64,000 bases of DNA from an uncultured Candidatus Actinomarina sp. (GTDB lineage: Bacteria > Actinomycetota > Acidimicrobiia > Actinomarinales > Actinomarinaceae). Shown here in pieces: positions 1-10,900 of this stretch. The position numbers and the translations under genes are program-made. The stretch is taken from positions 1,359 through 65,358 of the forward strand of contig CACKZW010000006.1 of NCBI GenBank assembly GCA_902604835.1. The letters run 5' to 3'. Below the pieces are notes generated by a model. That model was not told the DNA's origin, searched no databases, and was given only the letters and a program-made list of their open reading frames with translations. Numbering within the stretch: position 1 is the first letter of the stretch; the number at the start of each line of letters is the position of its first letter.

Positions 1-102
1 GTTGTTGGTTACATCCTTGAAAAGGCTGAATGTAAGGGTAGAGTAACGATCCTCGATAGTACCGATGCAGATATTGAAACACTGTTTAATTGTAAAATCT
101 AA
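1..102 (+). CDS. 3' end of an unidentified upstream CDS (partial, runs off the window start)
   Basis: Frame +1 is open from base 1 to TAA at 100-102 (...VVGYILEKAECKGRVTILDSTDADIETLFNCKI*). 33 aa are too few to recognise a family. ftsQ normally precedes ftsZ in actinobacterial dcw clusters, but that is a synteny guess only. Confidence 0.3.
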   Translation, partial: VVGYILEKAECKGRVTILDSTDADIETLFNCKI

Positions 103-186
103 ATCTAAAGTTTAGATACAGATAAAAATAAAAAAACTTTTTGTATATATACTTATATTTGATAATCTCTTTATTAAGGAAAATTT

Positions 187-1332
187 ATGGCAAATAAAAA
201 ACAAACTAAATCAAAACCTAAAGCTAAGGCTAGTAAACCTAAGTCAAGAAAAACAGCACCTAAGTCAAAGAAAGGTGTTTCAAGAACAACTAATAAACAA
301 AGAGGAGTCAATTTAAACATGAGACCAAGAAATTACGCAGCAGTTATAAAAGTTATTGGTGTTGGTGGCGGTGGAACTAATGCCGTAAATAGAATGATAA
401 AAATGGGCATTAAAGGTGTCGACTTCGTAGCATGTAACACTGACGCTCAAAGTTTACTTGGTTCAAAAGCTGACCTCAAATTAGATCTTGGAAGAAAATC
501 AACCAGAGGTTTAGGAGCTGGTGCTAATCCAGAAGTGGGGAGACAAGCTGCAGTCGATTCTGAGGAATTAATAAATGAAGCACTCAAAGGTGCTGATATG
601 GTTTTTATTGCCGCAGGTGAAGGTGGAGGCACAGGAACGGGTGCTTCACCTATACTCGCAAATATTGCTCATGAAATGGGTGCACTAACAGTTGGTGTAG
701 TTACAAGACCTTTTGGCTTTGAAGGTAGAAGAAGGTCTGTTCAGGCAGAAGAAGGCATTCAAGCTTTAAGAGATGTAGTTGACACCCTTATTGTAATTCC
801 AAATGACAGATTATTACAGATAAGTGACAAAGATATAAAAATTAGCGAAGCTTACTTAAAGTCTGATGAAATATTAGCTAATGGTGTTAGAGGTATTACA
901 GGTTTAATTACAAATCCTGGAATAATAAACGTTGACTTTGCTGATGTTAAAACAATATTAAAAGATGCAGGTAATGCTGTTTTAGGAATTGGACGTTCAA
1001 CTGGCGAACAAAGAGCTCCAAACGCTGCTCAAGCTGCGATATCATCTCCGTTGTTAGAGGCAAATATGGATGGAGCTGAAGGAGTATTGATAACGATAGC
1101 TGGATCTGAAGACTTGAAACTCCAAGAAGTAAATGAAGCAGCAAGAGTTATTACTGAAAGAGCTGACGATAATGCTGAAATTATATTTGGCCACTTAGTT
1201 GATGAATCTTTAGGTGATGCCGTTGAAGTCACTGTTGTTGCTGCTGGATTTGGACAAAGACCAAATAGAAGAGTATCTTCTGATTTTGATGAAAATGGAG
1301 GAGAAAGTCTTCCAGATTTCATCAGGGGATGA
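187..1332 (+). CDS. ftsZ: Cell division GTPase FtsZ with a polybasic N-terminal extension
   Basis: 381-aa ORF. Core start [17 protein letters not shown], tubulin signature [15 protein letters not shown]-terminal conserved peptide [14 protein letters not shown] (176-180) lies 6 nt upstream of ATG 187. Residues 1-44 are K/P/S/T-rich. An alternative in-frame ATG at 319 is preceded by GAGGAG (302-307). Confidence 0.97.
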   Translation: MANKKQTKSKPKAKASKPKSRKTAPKSKKGVSRTTNKQRGVNLNMRPRNYAAVIKVIGVGGGGTNAVNRMIKMGIKGVDFVACNTDAQSLLGSKADLKLDLGRKSTRGLGAGANPEVGRQAAVDSEELINEALKGADMVFIAAGEGGGTGTGASPILANIAHEMGALTVGVVTRPFGFEGRRRSVQAEEGIQALRDVVDTLIVIPNDRLLQISDKDIKISEAYLKSDEILANGVRGITGLITNPGIINVDFADVKTILKDAGNAVLGIGRSTGEQRAPNAAQAAISSPLLEANMDGAEGVLITIAGSEDLKLQEVNEAARVITERADDNAEIIFGHLVDESLGDAVEVTVVAAGFGQRPNRRVSSDFDENGGESLPDFIRG

Positions 1333-1901
1333 TTAATTCAAACTTAATCAAAAACGTAGAATTTCTAAATAAGCACAATTCAAAACAAAATTTAAGAACG
1401 GGTTCATTTGCTGACATGAAGCAAACCCACAGTGATATAGTTTTAGAAATTGACAAAAAAGGCACATACGAAGCAGATGCTTTAGTGACTGAAACAAAAA
1501 ACTTAAAACTTGTTGTTAAAACTGCAGACTGTATGCCTGTAATAATATCTGATAAAAAAAAAGTGGGAGTTATACATATTGGTTGGAAAGGTGTCGAAAA
1601 CAAAATTTTTTTTAAGACAATTAAAAATTTTAACCTCAACGATTTAAAAGTTTCTATTGGACCGCACGCTCAAAAATGTTGTTATGAAATTAAAGATGAT
1701 TTATACGTGAAATTTCCAGACTCGACAATTATGAAAGAAAGTAAAAAATATCTTGATTTGAGTAATGAAATTCGTAGATTTTGTACTAAAAATAATATTG
1801 AATTTGAAAATTCCACAACATGCACGATAGATAGCGATTCCTTTAATTCGTATCGTCGTGATAAGACTGATCTAAGACAATGGAGTATCGTTTGGATTTA
1901 A
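1329..1901 (+). CDS. pgeF: YfiH/PgeF (DUF152) purine-nucleoside phosphorylase / peptidoglycan editing factor family protein
   Basis: 190 aa, ATGA overlap with the ftsZ stop. Family motifs [44 protein letters not shown]. Sits directly after ftsZ as in Actinobacteria. Shorter than the ~240-aa homologues I remember. Confidence 0.85.
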   Translation: MINSNLIKNVEFLNKHNSKQNLRTGSFADMKQTHSDIVLEIDKKGTYEADALVTETKNLKLVVKTADCMPVIISDKKKVGVIHIGWKGVENKIFFKTIKNFNLNDLKVSIGPHAQKCCYEIKDDLYVKFPDSTIMKESKKYLDLSNEIRRFCTKNNIEFENSTTCTIDSDSFNSYRRDKTDLRQWSIVWI

Positions 1902-2506
1902 ATAATTTACATAAAATTATGGAATTAGTAAGAAATTACAACTCTAAACTTCTTCCAGTCATTAAAGGTAGGGATGAAGAGGATATTCTACAAATTTACA
2001 ATGAAGGACTTAGAGAATTTGGTGAAAATAGATTGAATGAATTATCAGATCATACAAAGTTTTTACCAGAATCAAGCTTTCATTTTATAGCTCCTCTTCA
2101 ATCAAGAAAAATACGTGAAATAATGAATAGCTGTGACTTTATTCATACATTACAAAGACCTAAAGAAATTATAACTATTAATAAATACTATAAAAATCAA
2201 GATATTTTTGTTCAAATTAATATAGACGATGATCCTAAGAAAAGCGGAATTCAAATAGATGAGGTCGATGAATTTTTTGATAAGTTTAAAGGATTAAAAT
2301 ATTTTCCTGTTGGAATTATGTGTATACCAAGTTTTGATGCAGATCCTAAAAGCTCATTTAATAAAATGTCAAAAATTAATGAGAAGCTTAAGAAAGATTT
2401 TAATAATTATAAAGGAGAATTATCGATGGGCATGTCTGATGACTATAAAATAGCCTTAGATTATGGTGCTACAATAATACGGATAGGTAGTAAAATTTTT
2501 AATTGA
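1880..2506 (+). CDS. yggS: YggS/YlmE family pyridoxal-phosphate-binding protein
   Basis: 208 aa. Motifs LLPVIKG (PLP lysine), FGENRLNEL, HFIAPLQSRK, LSMGMSDDY...IIRIGSKIF. Start is uncertain: the ORF overlaps pgeF by 22 nt and there is an in-frame ATG at 1919. Confidence 0.9.
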   Translation: MEYRLDLNNLHKIMELVRNYNSKLLPVIKGRDEEDILQIYNEGLREFGENRLNELSDHTKFLPESSFHFIAPLQSRKIREIMNSCDFIHTLQRPKEIITINKYYKNQDIFVQINIDDDPKKSGIQIDEVDEFFDKFKGLKYFPVGIMCIPSFDADPKSSFNKMSKINEKLKKDFNNYKGELSMGMSDDYKIALDYGATIIRIGSKIFN

Positions 2507-2943
2507 TGTTAGAAAAATTCTTAATTTCAATAGGTTTAAAACAGCCAGAACATGTTGAAGATCTGGTTCTGGAAAATACGCGCACAGTGCGTCCTTCATC
2601 TGAAAATAGATTTGAAAATGAAGACTACACGGGCGATTTAAAAATCCACCAACCAAAAGATGAGGTCGAAATTAAAGTTTTAAGGTCTTTTAATGACAGT
2701 CATCTTATTGGACCACCCATCAAAGAAGGGTATATTGTTGCTGTAGATATAAGAGATATAAGCGATCAAGGCATCAGACAAAGAATTGTTGATTTTATTA
2801 CAGGCATCGCTTTTATAAGTGACTCAAAAATGAGAATTATTCATAAGGATGGAGTTTATTTAGTTATGCCTTCAAATATGTCACTTCCATCTAGTGAACG
2901 AGAGAGACTACAAACTCTTGGTCTTTATAAAATAAATGTGTAG
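2506..2943 (+). CDS. sepF: Cell division protein SepF
   Basis: ORF opens at TTG 2503. ATG 2506 shares one base with the yggS stop (TGATG). The C-terminal DUF552 core (IKVLRSFNDS...YIVAVDIRDISDQGIRQRIVDFITGIAFISDSKMRIIHKDGVYLVMPSN) matches the SepF pattern. Canonical position in the dcw tail. Confidence 0.85.
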   Translation: MLEKFLISIGLKQPEHVEDLVLENTRTVRPSSENRFENEDYTGDLKIHQPKDEVEIKVLRSFNDSHLIGPPIKEGYIVAVDIRDISDQGIRQRIVDFITGIAFISDSKMRIIHKDGVYLVMPSNMSLPSSERERLQTLGLYKINV

Positions 2944-3202
2944 TTTATTTTTACTAGCATTTAGGCTTTTTAGCTATTCCCTATTTTTATGGATTATTTT
3001 AAGCTGGATACAAGTTTCAGATGATCATCCAATTGGACAATTAAAAATGGTTTTAGATCGTTTTTATGGAAGATTGTTAGAGCCAATTAGAAGCAGAATT
3101 GGCCCACTTAGAATTGGAATGGCAGGTATTGACTTATCTCCAATAATTCTTATATTGGGAATTAATTTTGTTCAACCAATTATTCTTAGATTTGTTTGCT
3201 AG
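2936..3202 (+). CDS. yggT: YggT family membrane protein
   Basis: 88 aa, 2-3 hydrophobic segments. YggT-like LEPIRSRIGPLRIGMAGIDLSPIILIL. Follows sepF as in Gram-positive dcw clusters. Its stop TAG shares the tetranucleotide CTAG with the ileS stop on the other strand. Confidence 0.8.
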   Translation: MCSLFLLAFRLFSYSLFLWIILSWIQVSDDHPIGQLKMVLDRFYGRLLEPIRSRIGPLRIGMAGIDLSPIILILGINFVQPIILRFVC

Positions 3203-6200
3203 ATCTTTTCAATATCTGTGTCTAATTTAAAATCAAGAAGTGTATTTGATGCTTTTTTTTCAACTAAGTTAATCTCAGTTGCAAGCGTTTCTTTAGATAT
3301 ATAATCATTAAAAAGTTCAAAACTTGCTTTTGCTTTTTCATCATCAGTTAAAATATTGAGTTTTATTCGATCGGTTATGTCAAACTTCAAATCTTTTCTT
3401 TGATTTTGGACAATTGAGACAATCTCTCTAGATATTCTTTCGTAAAATAACTCATCAGATATTTGAATATCAAGATTAATACTAAATTCTTCAATTATTT
3501 CATGGCTTTTTCTCTTGTCAATCTTCACAAGTCTCATTACTAAATCATTTAAAGAAATTTCATTATTTTTATAAGACAAACCTTTGTTTGAGATGATTTC
3601 TTTAATTTCATTTTGTTTAAGCTCATTTAAATAATTAGTTAAATTTGTAATTTCACTTCCTAATTTTGGACCTAGTTTTGAAAAATCTGGCTTACATTCA
3701 TATTCATACCACTCATCAACTTCATTTATATAGTCAATATTTTTTAAATTAAGTTCATCCAATATTATTTCTTTTACACTTTCAATATCTTTAACTAATT
3801 GAGAATTATTAGATATTATTGAGATTTTTTCTAATGGTTGTTTATTTGGAAGATCCAAATTTATTCTTATATTTCTCCCTGTTTTGATAATTTTTTTAGC
3901 AATAACTATCTGTTCTTCCAGTTTCTTATTTATTATTTGATCATTTGCTTCAGGATAGTCTTCAAGATGAATGCTTGAATTTTCTTCTTTTATAAGTCCT
4001 TGGTATATTTCCTCGCAAAGAAACGGGAGAACAGGTGCCATTGTTTTGGAGAATTCCAAAAGAACTTCATGTAAAGTTTTAAAAGCATTTAATTTATCAA
4101 TATCATCAATGTCTTTTTCTTTCCAAAATCGTTTTCGGTTTGTTCGAACATACCAATTAGTGAGTTCATCGATAAAGCCTATAAGTGGTGGTATTACCTC
4201 ATAAAGATAATAATTCTCCATTTTTTCGTTAACAGTTTTTATAAGAGATTGAAGGCTAGAAATTATCCATTGATCCATCAAAGCTCTATTTTCTATTGGA
4301 GCAGCCTTATTTAATTCTTCAATTGTTATATTGTCTGCATTCGCATAATTTGAGAAAAAAGAAAAGCTATTCCACAGTGGTAAGATTACATTTCTTGTAA
4401 CTAACTTCACCCCCTCTTCTGAAAATTTAAGGGGTTCCCCTCTAACAACTGGTGAATTTATTAAATAAGCTCTCAAACTATCGCCACCATACTTATTTAG
4501 CAAATCTTCTGGATCGGGATAATTCTTAAGGCTTTTACTCATTTTCCTACCATCCTCTGCAAGAATCATTCCTGTAGTAATGCAATTTTTAAAAGCAACA
4601 GAATCAAAAAGTGATACTGCCAGAACAGTTAACGTATAAAACCAGCCTCTTGTTTGGTCTAATCCCTCGGCAATAAAGTCAGCTGGAAAACCATCCATAA
4701 AATTTTCTGAATTTTCAAACGGATAATGTTGTTGACCGTAGGGCATTGAACCAGATTCGAACCAACAATCAAGTACTTCGGGGGTTCTTGTGTATGTTTT
4801 ACCATCTATTTCAATTTTTATTTCATCTAAAAAATGTTTATGTAGGTCATCTACCTCTACTCCTGAAAGTTCTTTAAGTTGTTCTATCGAACCGACACAG
4901 ATTATGTCATCAGGATCATTATCATTTATCCATATTGGAATACAGCTTCCCCAGTATCTGTTTCTACTAATAGCCCAATCTCTTGCATCAGCTAACCAGT
5001 TAGAAAACCTTTTCTCACCTATAAATCCAGGGACCCAATGGGTTTCAGCATTAAGTTCCACCATTCGATCACTGATTTTTTCAACATTTACAAACCAAGT
5101 TGGAATAGCTTTATAAATTAATGGGGTGCCTGTTCTCCAACAAAAAGGATAGGAATGCATTTCTCTTTTTGAACTAAAAAGTAGGCCCCTTTCATCCAAT
5201 TGCTTAATAATTACATTGTCAGCATCCTTTACATTTAAATCCTCAAGACCTGCAACAGATTGATCAAATTTACCAGCCAATGTAACTGGATCAACTATTA
5301 CGGTAATTCCTGCATTTTTTAAACAATAAAAATCACTTTCACCATAAGAAGGAGCTTGAGACACCAAACCAGAACCTGATGCAGTATTTGTATCATCACT
5401 ATGGATTAATTTAAAAGCTTTACCTATATTCTCTTTTTCGAATTCAGAATATGCTGGAACGTATTCTCCTCCAATCATATTTTCACCATCACATGAACCT
5501 TGGACGGAATAATCATAATTATCTAGTTCATGCAATCTTTCAGTAGCAATCCAGTAATACTGACTATCAATTTTCACTCTTGAATAATTAATATCTCTTC
5601 CAACTGCAATTGCTAAATTTGCGGGTATACACCAAGGGGTTGTCGTCCATACAAGAAAATAGTCGCCTTTTCTAATATCATTAAAGTCATTTCTTGCTTC
5701 TAACTGAAAGAAAATTGAGGGATCTTCAACATCCCTATAGTCCATATTTGCTTCAAAATTTGATAAAGGTGTAGCTGCAGCCCATGAGTAAGGAAGAACT
5801 TTATAATCTTTATAAATTAAACCTTTATCATAAAGCTCTTTAAATACCCACCAAACACTTTCCATGAACCCAACGTCCATTGTTTTATAATCATTCTCAA
5901 AATCGACCCATCTGCCAATCTTTCTTGTAATCTTTTCCCAGTTTTCAGTATTTGTTTGGACTTGAGATCTACATGCTTCATTAAATTTATCAATTCCGTA
6001 ATCATCAATATCCTGTGGATCTTCCAAACCAAGTTCTTTTTGTACTTCCATTTCAATTGGAAGTCCGTGGACATCCCATCCAAACCGCCTTTCAACAAAG
6101 AACCCTCTCATAGTCCAATATCTTGGAACAATATCTTTAATTACTCCTGCAAGTAAATTACCATAATGAGGACTACCTGTTGGAAAAGGTGGTCCATCAT

Positions 6201-6330
6201 AAAATCTAAAAATTTTTGAATCTTTTCGTATATCTAAGGATTTTTCAAACGCATTTATTTCATTCCAATAATCTGAAATTTTGTTTTCGTTTTGTGCAAA
6301 ATCAATATTGTTATCAATTCTTTTGAACAT
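3199..6330 (-). CDS. ileS: Isoleucine--tRNA ligase, type 2 (eukaryote-like) form
   Basis: 1043 aa. HIGH-class motif PTGSPHYGNLLAG and KMSKS motif (GRKMSKSLKNYPDP). The length and the absence of a C-terminal Cys-rich Zn peptide fit the type 2 IleRS typical of Actinobacteria. Confidence 0.97.
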   Translation of the reverse strand: MFKRIDNNIDFAQNENKISDYWNEINAFEKSLDIRKDSKIFRFYDGPPFPTGSPHYGNLLAGVIKDIVPRYWTMRGFFVERRFGWDVHGLPIEMEVQKELGLEDPQDIDDYGIDKFNEACRSQVQTNTENWEKITRKIGRWVDFENDYKTMDVGFMESVWWVFKELYDKGLIYKDYKVLPYSWAAATPLSNFEANMDYRDVEDPSIFFQLEARNDFNDIRKGDYFLVWTTTPWCIPANLAIAVGRDINYSRVKIDSQYYWIATERLHELDNYDYSVQGSCDGENMIGGEYVPAYSEFEKENIGKAFKLIHSDDTNTASGSGLVSQAPSYGESDFYCLKNAGITVIVDPVTLAGKFDQSVAGLEDLNVKDADNVIIKQLDERGLLFSSKREMHSYPFCWRTGTPLIYKAIPTWFVNVEKISDRMVELNAETHWVPGFIGEKRFSNWLADARDWAISRNRYWGSCIPIWINDNDPDDIICVGSIEQLKELSGVEVDDLHKHFLDEIKIEIDGKTYTRTPEVLDCWFESGSMPYGQQHYPFENSENFMDGFPADFIAEGLDQTRGWFYTLTVLAVSLFDSVAFKNCITTGMILAEDGRKMSKSLKNYPDPEDLLNKYGGDSLRAYLINSPVVRGEPLKFSEEGVKLVTRNVILPLWNSFSFFSNYANADNITIEELNKAAPIENRALMDQWIISSLQSLIKTVNEKMENYYLYEVIPPLIGFIDELTNWYVRTNRKRFWKEKDIDDIDKLNAFKTLHEVLLEFSKTMAPVLPFLCEEIYQGLIKEENSSIHLEDYPEANDQIINKKLEEQIVIAKKIIKTGRNIRINLDLPNKQPLEKISIISNNSQLVKDIESVKEIILDELNLKNIDYINEVDEWYEYECKPDFSKLGPKLGSEITNLTNYLNELKQNEIKEIISNKGLSYKNNEISLNDLVMRLVKIDKRKSHEIIEEFSINLDIQISDELFYERISREIVSIVQNQRKDLKFDITDRIKLNILTDDEKAKASFELFNDYISKETLATEINLVEKKASNTLLDFKLDTDIEKI

Positions 6331-6441
6331 ATCCTTAGAATTTTAATGATTATTCAATAAAAGACTTATTTTTTTAAATTTTTTAAAATATCTTTTTTTT
6401 AATAGAAATTTTACTAATATACATTCAATAATAAAAACAAT

Positions 6442-6819
6442 ATGGCTAGAAAACTTTCACAAAATACGATAAATAAGTTTAAAAAAAGACTTGAAGCTGA
6501 ACGAGAGCAACTTTTGTCTATGTTAGAACAACATCAAGAGGAAAGAGAAAAAGTAAGACTATCTGAAGCTTCAGCTGAAAGAAGTCCTGATCCAACTTCT
6601 GCGGATGGTGGATCTATGGCTTTTGAGCTTGAAAAAGAGCTTACACTTGATGAAAATACCAAACATTTGCTCAACCAAGTTGAACATGCTCTTGTACTCA
6701 TTAAAAAGAAAAAGTATGGCAACTGTGAAAACTGTGGTGAACCTATTCCAGTAGCAAGACTTGAGGCCCTGCCTTACGCAACCTTACGCAAAGAGTGTGC
6801 TGAATTACTTGACTCTTAA
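6442..6819 (+). CDS. DksA/TraR family zinc-finger protein
   Basis: 125 aa. Coiled-coil-like acidic N-terminal part, then YGNCENCGEPIPVARLEALPYATLRKEC. Only three Cys: the second CxxC pair is reduced to a single C. A dksA/traR-like gene between ileS and lspA is a common actinobacterial arrangement. Confidence 0.7.
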   Translation: MARKLSQNTINKFKKRLEAEREQLLSMLEQHQEEREKVRLSEASAERSPDPTSADGGSMAFELEKELTLDENTKHLLNQVEHALVLIKKKKYGNCENCGEPIPVARLEALPYATLRKECAELLDS

Positions 6820-7273
6820 TCTCAACAGAAAACCTTTAATTATCTCATTATGTCTGGGTATCTTAGATAATTTAGTAAAGTCATATATTCGCTCAAATAA
6901 TTTTGAAGATTTAGTTATTATCGAAAACATTTTAGAAATTGATCTCAACTATAACACTGGGATTGCTTTTGGGTTTTTAAAAGATCAAGCCCCATTTACT
7001 TTTGTTGTATCTTCAGTAGTTCTAATTTGGTTAATTCTTCAATTTAAAAATGAATTTGATAAAAAAGTTGAAGAATATGCCTTTGTATTAGTTTTAGGGG
7101 GAGCCCTGGGGAACTTAGGTGAAAGATTTGTGAATCTTATTAATGGAAATGATGGAAAAGTTACAGATTTTATTGAATTATTATTTATTCCATCATTTAA
7201 TCTTGCTGATACATTTATTAGTATCGGAATTTTCTTGTTGATCTTATCGGAGCTAATAAGCTCTAGTGATTGA
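6761..7273 (+). CDS. lspA: Lipoprotein signal peptidase (signal peptidase II)
   Basis: Motifs NTGIAFGF, GGALGNLGERF, GKVTDFIE, FNLADTFISIG. ATG 6761 overlaps the upstream gene by 59 nt. An in-frame TTG at 6809 is an equally plausible start. Confidence 0.85.
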   Translation: MRPCLTQPYAKSVLNYLTLNLNRKPLIISLCLGILDNLVKSYIRSNNFEDLVIIENILEIDLNYNTGIAFGFLKDQAPFTFVVSSVVLIWLILQFKNEFDKKVEEYAFVLVLGGALGNLGERFVNLINGNDGKVTDFIELLFIPSFNLADTFISIGIFLLILSELISSSD

Positions 7274-7928
7274 ACTTATTTTTAAAAATGAGGATTTTGT
7301 TGTTTTTAACAAACCAAATGGTGTTTTAACTCATCCAGTAAATTCAAATTCAGCAATCTCTGTACGTGATAAATTATTAGAGATCGAACCTTCAATAGCT
7401 GAATGGGGGGTTGAAAAAAGAGAAGGGATCGTTCATAGATTAGATAAAGTAACTTCTGGACTCATAGTTGCTGCTTTAAACTTTGAAACATTTACTTATT
7501 TACAATCCTTATTCAAAGAAAGAAAAGTCTACAAAGAATATTCATGTTTAGTTGAAGGTCATTTAAAAACACAATCTGGTGTTATAGAGCTACCATTATC
7601 AAAATCAAAAAAAAATAAGACTAAACGAGCCGTAAGCAATGAAGGAAAAATTTCAACTTCCCACTTTGAGGTAATAGACGAGTATGAAAACTGCACCAAG
7701 TTAAAGATTCAATTAATTACTGGAAGAAATCATCAAATTAGATCTCAAATGGAGTATTTAGGCAATCCGATCTTAAATGATGTTTTATATAGTGCAAAAA
7801 AAATCGAATCTCTAAGTAAAGATCAGATATGCTTAATGTCGAAAAAACTTAAATTTAATCATAAAAGTAATAATTATGAGTTTGAAGCTACCGAACCAGA
7901 TTTTTTTAATGGTCTCATAAATGTTTAA
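7266..7928 (+). CDS. rluD: RluA/RluD-family 23S rRNA pseudouridine synthase (no S4 domain)
   Basis: 220 aa. GTG start overlaps the lspA stop (GTGATTGA). Catalytic motif HRLDKVTSGLIVAA, C-terminal TGRNHQIRSQM. lspA-rluD adjacency is widely conserved. The N-terminal S4 RNA-binding domain seen in E. coli RluD is absent. Confidence 0.85.
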   Translation: MIELIFKNEDFVVFNKPNGVLTHPVNSNSAISVRDKLLEIEPSIAEWGVEKREGIVHRLDKVTSGLIVAALNFETFTYLQSLFKERKVYKEYSCLVEGHLKTQSGVIELPLSKSKKNKTKRAVSNEGKISTSHFEVIDEYENCTKLKIQLITGRNHQIRSQMEYLGNPILNDVLYSAKKIESLSKDQICLMSKKLKFNHKSNNYEFEATEPDFFNGLINV

Positions 7929-7955
7929 TTAATCTAAATCATTTAAAATAAATTT

Positions 7956-10900
7956 ATGGAAAATTCATTTGTTCACCTTCATGCACATACAGAATATTCA
8001 ATGCTTGATGGTGCTGCAAAAATTGATTCTTTTTTAAATCGCATTGTAGAATTAAATCAACCTGGCGCAGCAATTACAGATCACGGTAACTTATATGGTG
8101 CACTTGAGTTTTATAATTCCGCAATAAAAAAAGATCTCAAACCCATTATTGGTTATGAAGCTTATGTGATTGAAGGTAGCAGATTTGAAAAACCCGATAG
8201 AGATAAAAATAAAAGATTTCATTTAACCCTTCTGGCTGAAAATACAGAAGGTTATTGGAATCTTGTCGAAATAGCCAGCAAGGCTTACACAGAAGGTTAC
8301 TATTATAAACCTAGAGTTGACTATGACCTTTTAAAACAACACAGTGAGGGGATCATTGCACTTTCGGGTTGTCTTGGCGGTGAGATTGCTCAATTACTAG
8401 CTCCTGATGCCTCAAGGGAAGAAGGTAACCAAGGTCAAGAAAGAAGTTTTGATCTTGCTTTAGAAAAAGCAGACTTTTATCAAAATTTATTTGGGAAAGA
8501 AAATTTTTTCATTGAAATCATGAAGCATGGTATACAGCAACAAGAAGAAATTCTTCCTGATTTATTAAAGATATCTGAAGCAATATCAGCACCATTAGTA
8601 GCAACTAATGATTCACACTACGTTTATGATAGTGATGCATCTGCTCATGACGCCTTGCTATGTGTTCAAACAAATGCAACTTTAGATGATGAGAGTAGAT
8701 TTAAATTTGATGGGAGTGGCTATTTTATAAAATCTTCTGAGGATATGAGAAAACTGTTTCCACACAACGATTTTCCAGATGCATGTAACAACACCTTAAA
8801 AATATTAGATAGAGTCAATTACGAATTTAAAAAGGATACATACTATTTACCTGATTTTCCAATTGAAGATAAATCCCAAAATGCAGATGAATTCTTAAAG
8901 GATAAAGTTTTTGAGGGAGCAAAAAATTTATATGGTGCTCTAAATGATGAACTTGAAAAAAGAATAAATTATGAACTCGACGTTATAAACACAATGGGTT
9001 TTGCATCTTATTTTTTGATTGTTGGTGATTTAATCAATTATGCAAAATCAAAAGGAATAAGAACAGGGGCAGGTAGAGGCTCAGCTGCAGGATCTATAGT
9101 ATCTTACTGTCTTGGTATAACTGGTATTGAACCATTAAAGTATGGTCTTCTGTTTGAGCGTTTCCTAAACAAGGGAAGAAAAGAGTTACCTGATATAGAC
9201 ATGGATTTTGATGAACGCTATAGGAATGATGTTATAGATTATGTTTCTGACAAATATGGTAATGATAGGGTTGCACATATTGTTACATTTGCAACGATAA
9301 AAGCTAAACAAGCAATAAGAGATTCAGCTAGAGTATTGGGACTTCCATTTTCATCAGGTGACAAGGTAGCTAAATTGATGCCACCAATGATCCTAGGTAT
9401 TTCGGCAACTTTGGGGGAGTGTCTTGATAAAGATGATATGTCACAAAGTGGTTACAGCAAAGAATTTTATTCAGCTTCTTCAGAGTTGAGAAAACAATAT
9501 AAAGAAAACACAGAAGTTAAAAAAATAATTGATATTGCCCGTGGGCTGGAAGGCTTAAGAAGGCAAGATGGTATCCATGCAGCTGCAGTTGTAATATCTC
9601 CTGATAAGTTGACTAAATTTTTGCCTATTCAACAAAAAGGAGATGGAGCAGAACTAGTTACACAATACGAAATGCATACAGTCGAACAGCTTGGTTTGTT
9701 GAAAATGGATTTTCTTGGACTTAGAAATCTTTCAATTATTGATCGTGCCTTAGAGCTAATTAATGACAATTCTTTAAACATTGATGAGATTGATCTTAAT
9801 GACAAAGCCACTTATGAATTATTTTCTGAGGGCAAAATGACTGGCGTTTTTCAGCTCGAAAGCCGAGTCGCTCAATCAGTTTCAAGAAACTTAAAACCTA
9901 AAAGATTCGAGGATCTTGTCGCTCTAGTTGCTTTGATTAGACCTGGACCTTTAGGGGCAGGTATGCACACTGAATTTGCAGAAAGAGCTACGGGTAGAAA
10001 AGAAATTGAATATCTTCATAATGACTTGAAACAAATTTTAGAAGAAACATATGGTGTAATTTTATATCAAGAACAAGTTATGCAAATAGCTCAAAGAATA
10101 TCTGGATTTGAGTTAGATGAAGCAGATGATCTAAGAAAAGCCATGGGTAAGAAAATCCCAAAGGTTATGGAGCAACAAAGAAATAAATTTACTGATGGAG
10201 CATTAAAGAATGGTTATTCAGAACAATTTGCAATTGAACTTTTTGATCAAATTGCATATTTTGCCGGTTATGGGTTCAATAAAAGCCATTCAGTCCCATA
10301 TGCATTGTTGGCATATCAAACTGCTTTTTTGAAATCTAATTATCCAGCTGAATATTTGTCTGCATGTTTAACAGCTGTAAAAAGAGATAAAGATAGAACT
10401 GCTATCTTTCTATCTGAGGCAAGAGAAATGGGTGTAAAGGTCAATACACCAGATATAAATTTAAGCTCCGAAGATTTTTCAGTAAATAATGGTGAAATCT
10501 TGTTTGGCTTATCCGCTATTCGCAATGTTGGAGATGTAACTGCACAAAAAATTATCATTGAAAGACAAAATTCAGATTATGAAAGCATTCAAGATTTCTT
10601 AACAAGAATGGACTCAAGATCATTAAATAAGAGAGGAATAGAAGCTCTTGTACAGGGCGGTGCTTTTGATAAATTTGGATTTCCAAGAAAAGGTATCTAC
10701 GAGAAAATTATAGATCTAATTGAGGATGCTAAAGATTTAAAATCAACCAAAAATAGTGCTCAAGGTTCATTATTTGAATTTGATGATAATGGAATCAATA
10801 AAACCATTATTGAAGATGTTGAGTGGGATAAAAAAGAATATTTAAATCGAGAAAGAGAGATGTTGGGATTCTTTGTAAGCGAAGATCCTCTTGATGGTTA

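Noticed and set aside
447-1322. Minus-strand ORFs of 61-97 aa inside ftsZ (447-632, 947-1144, 1029-1322), plus the 105-aa ORF at 1322-1639 antisense to pgeF.
   Set aside because: They are shadow frames of well-supported genes. Their translations are low-complexity with no motifs, and ftsZ is locally G+C-richer, which suppresses stops on the opposite strand.
6331-6441. Looked for a T-box leader upstream of ileS. Actinobacterial ileS genes often have one.
   Set aside because: Only 111 bp of nearly pure A+T lie between ileS and the divergent dksA-like gene. There is no G+C-rich stems, no specifier-loop architecture and no conserved T-box sequence (GGUGGUACCGCG-like).
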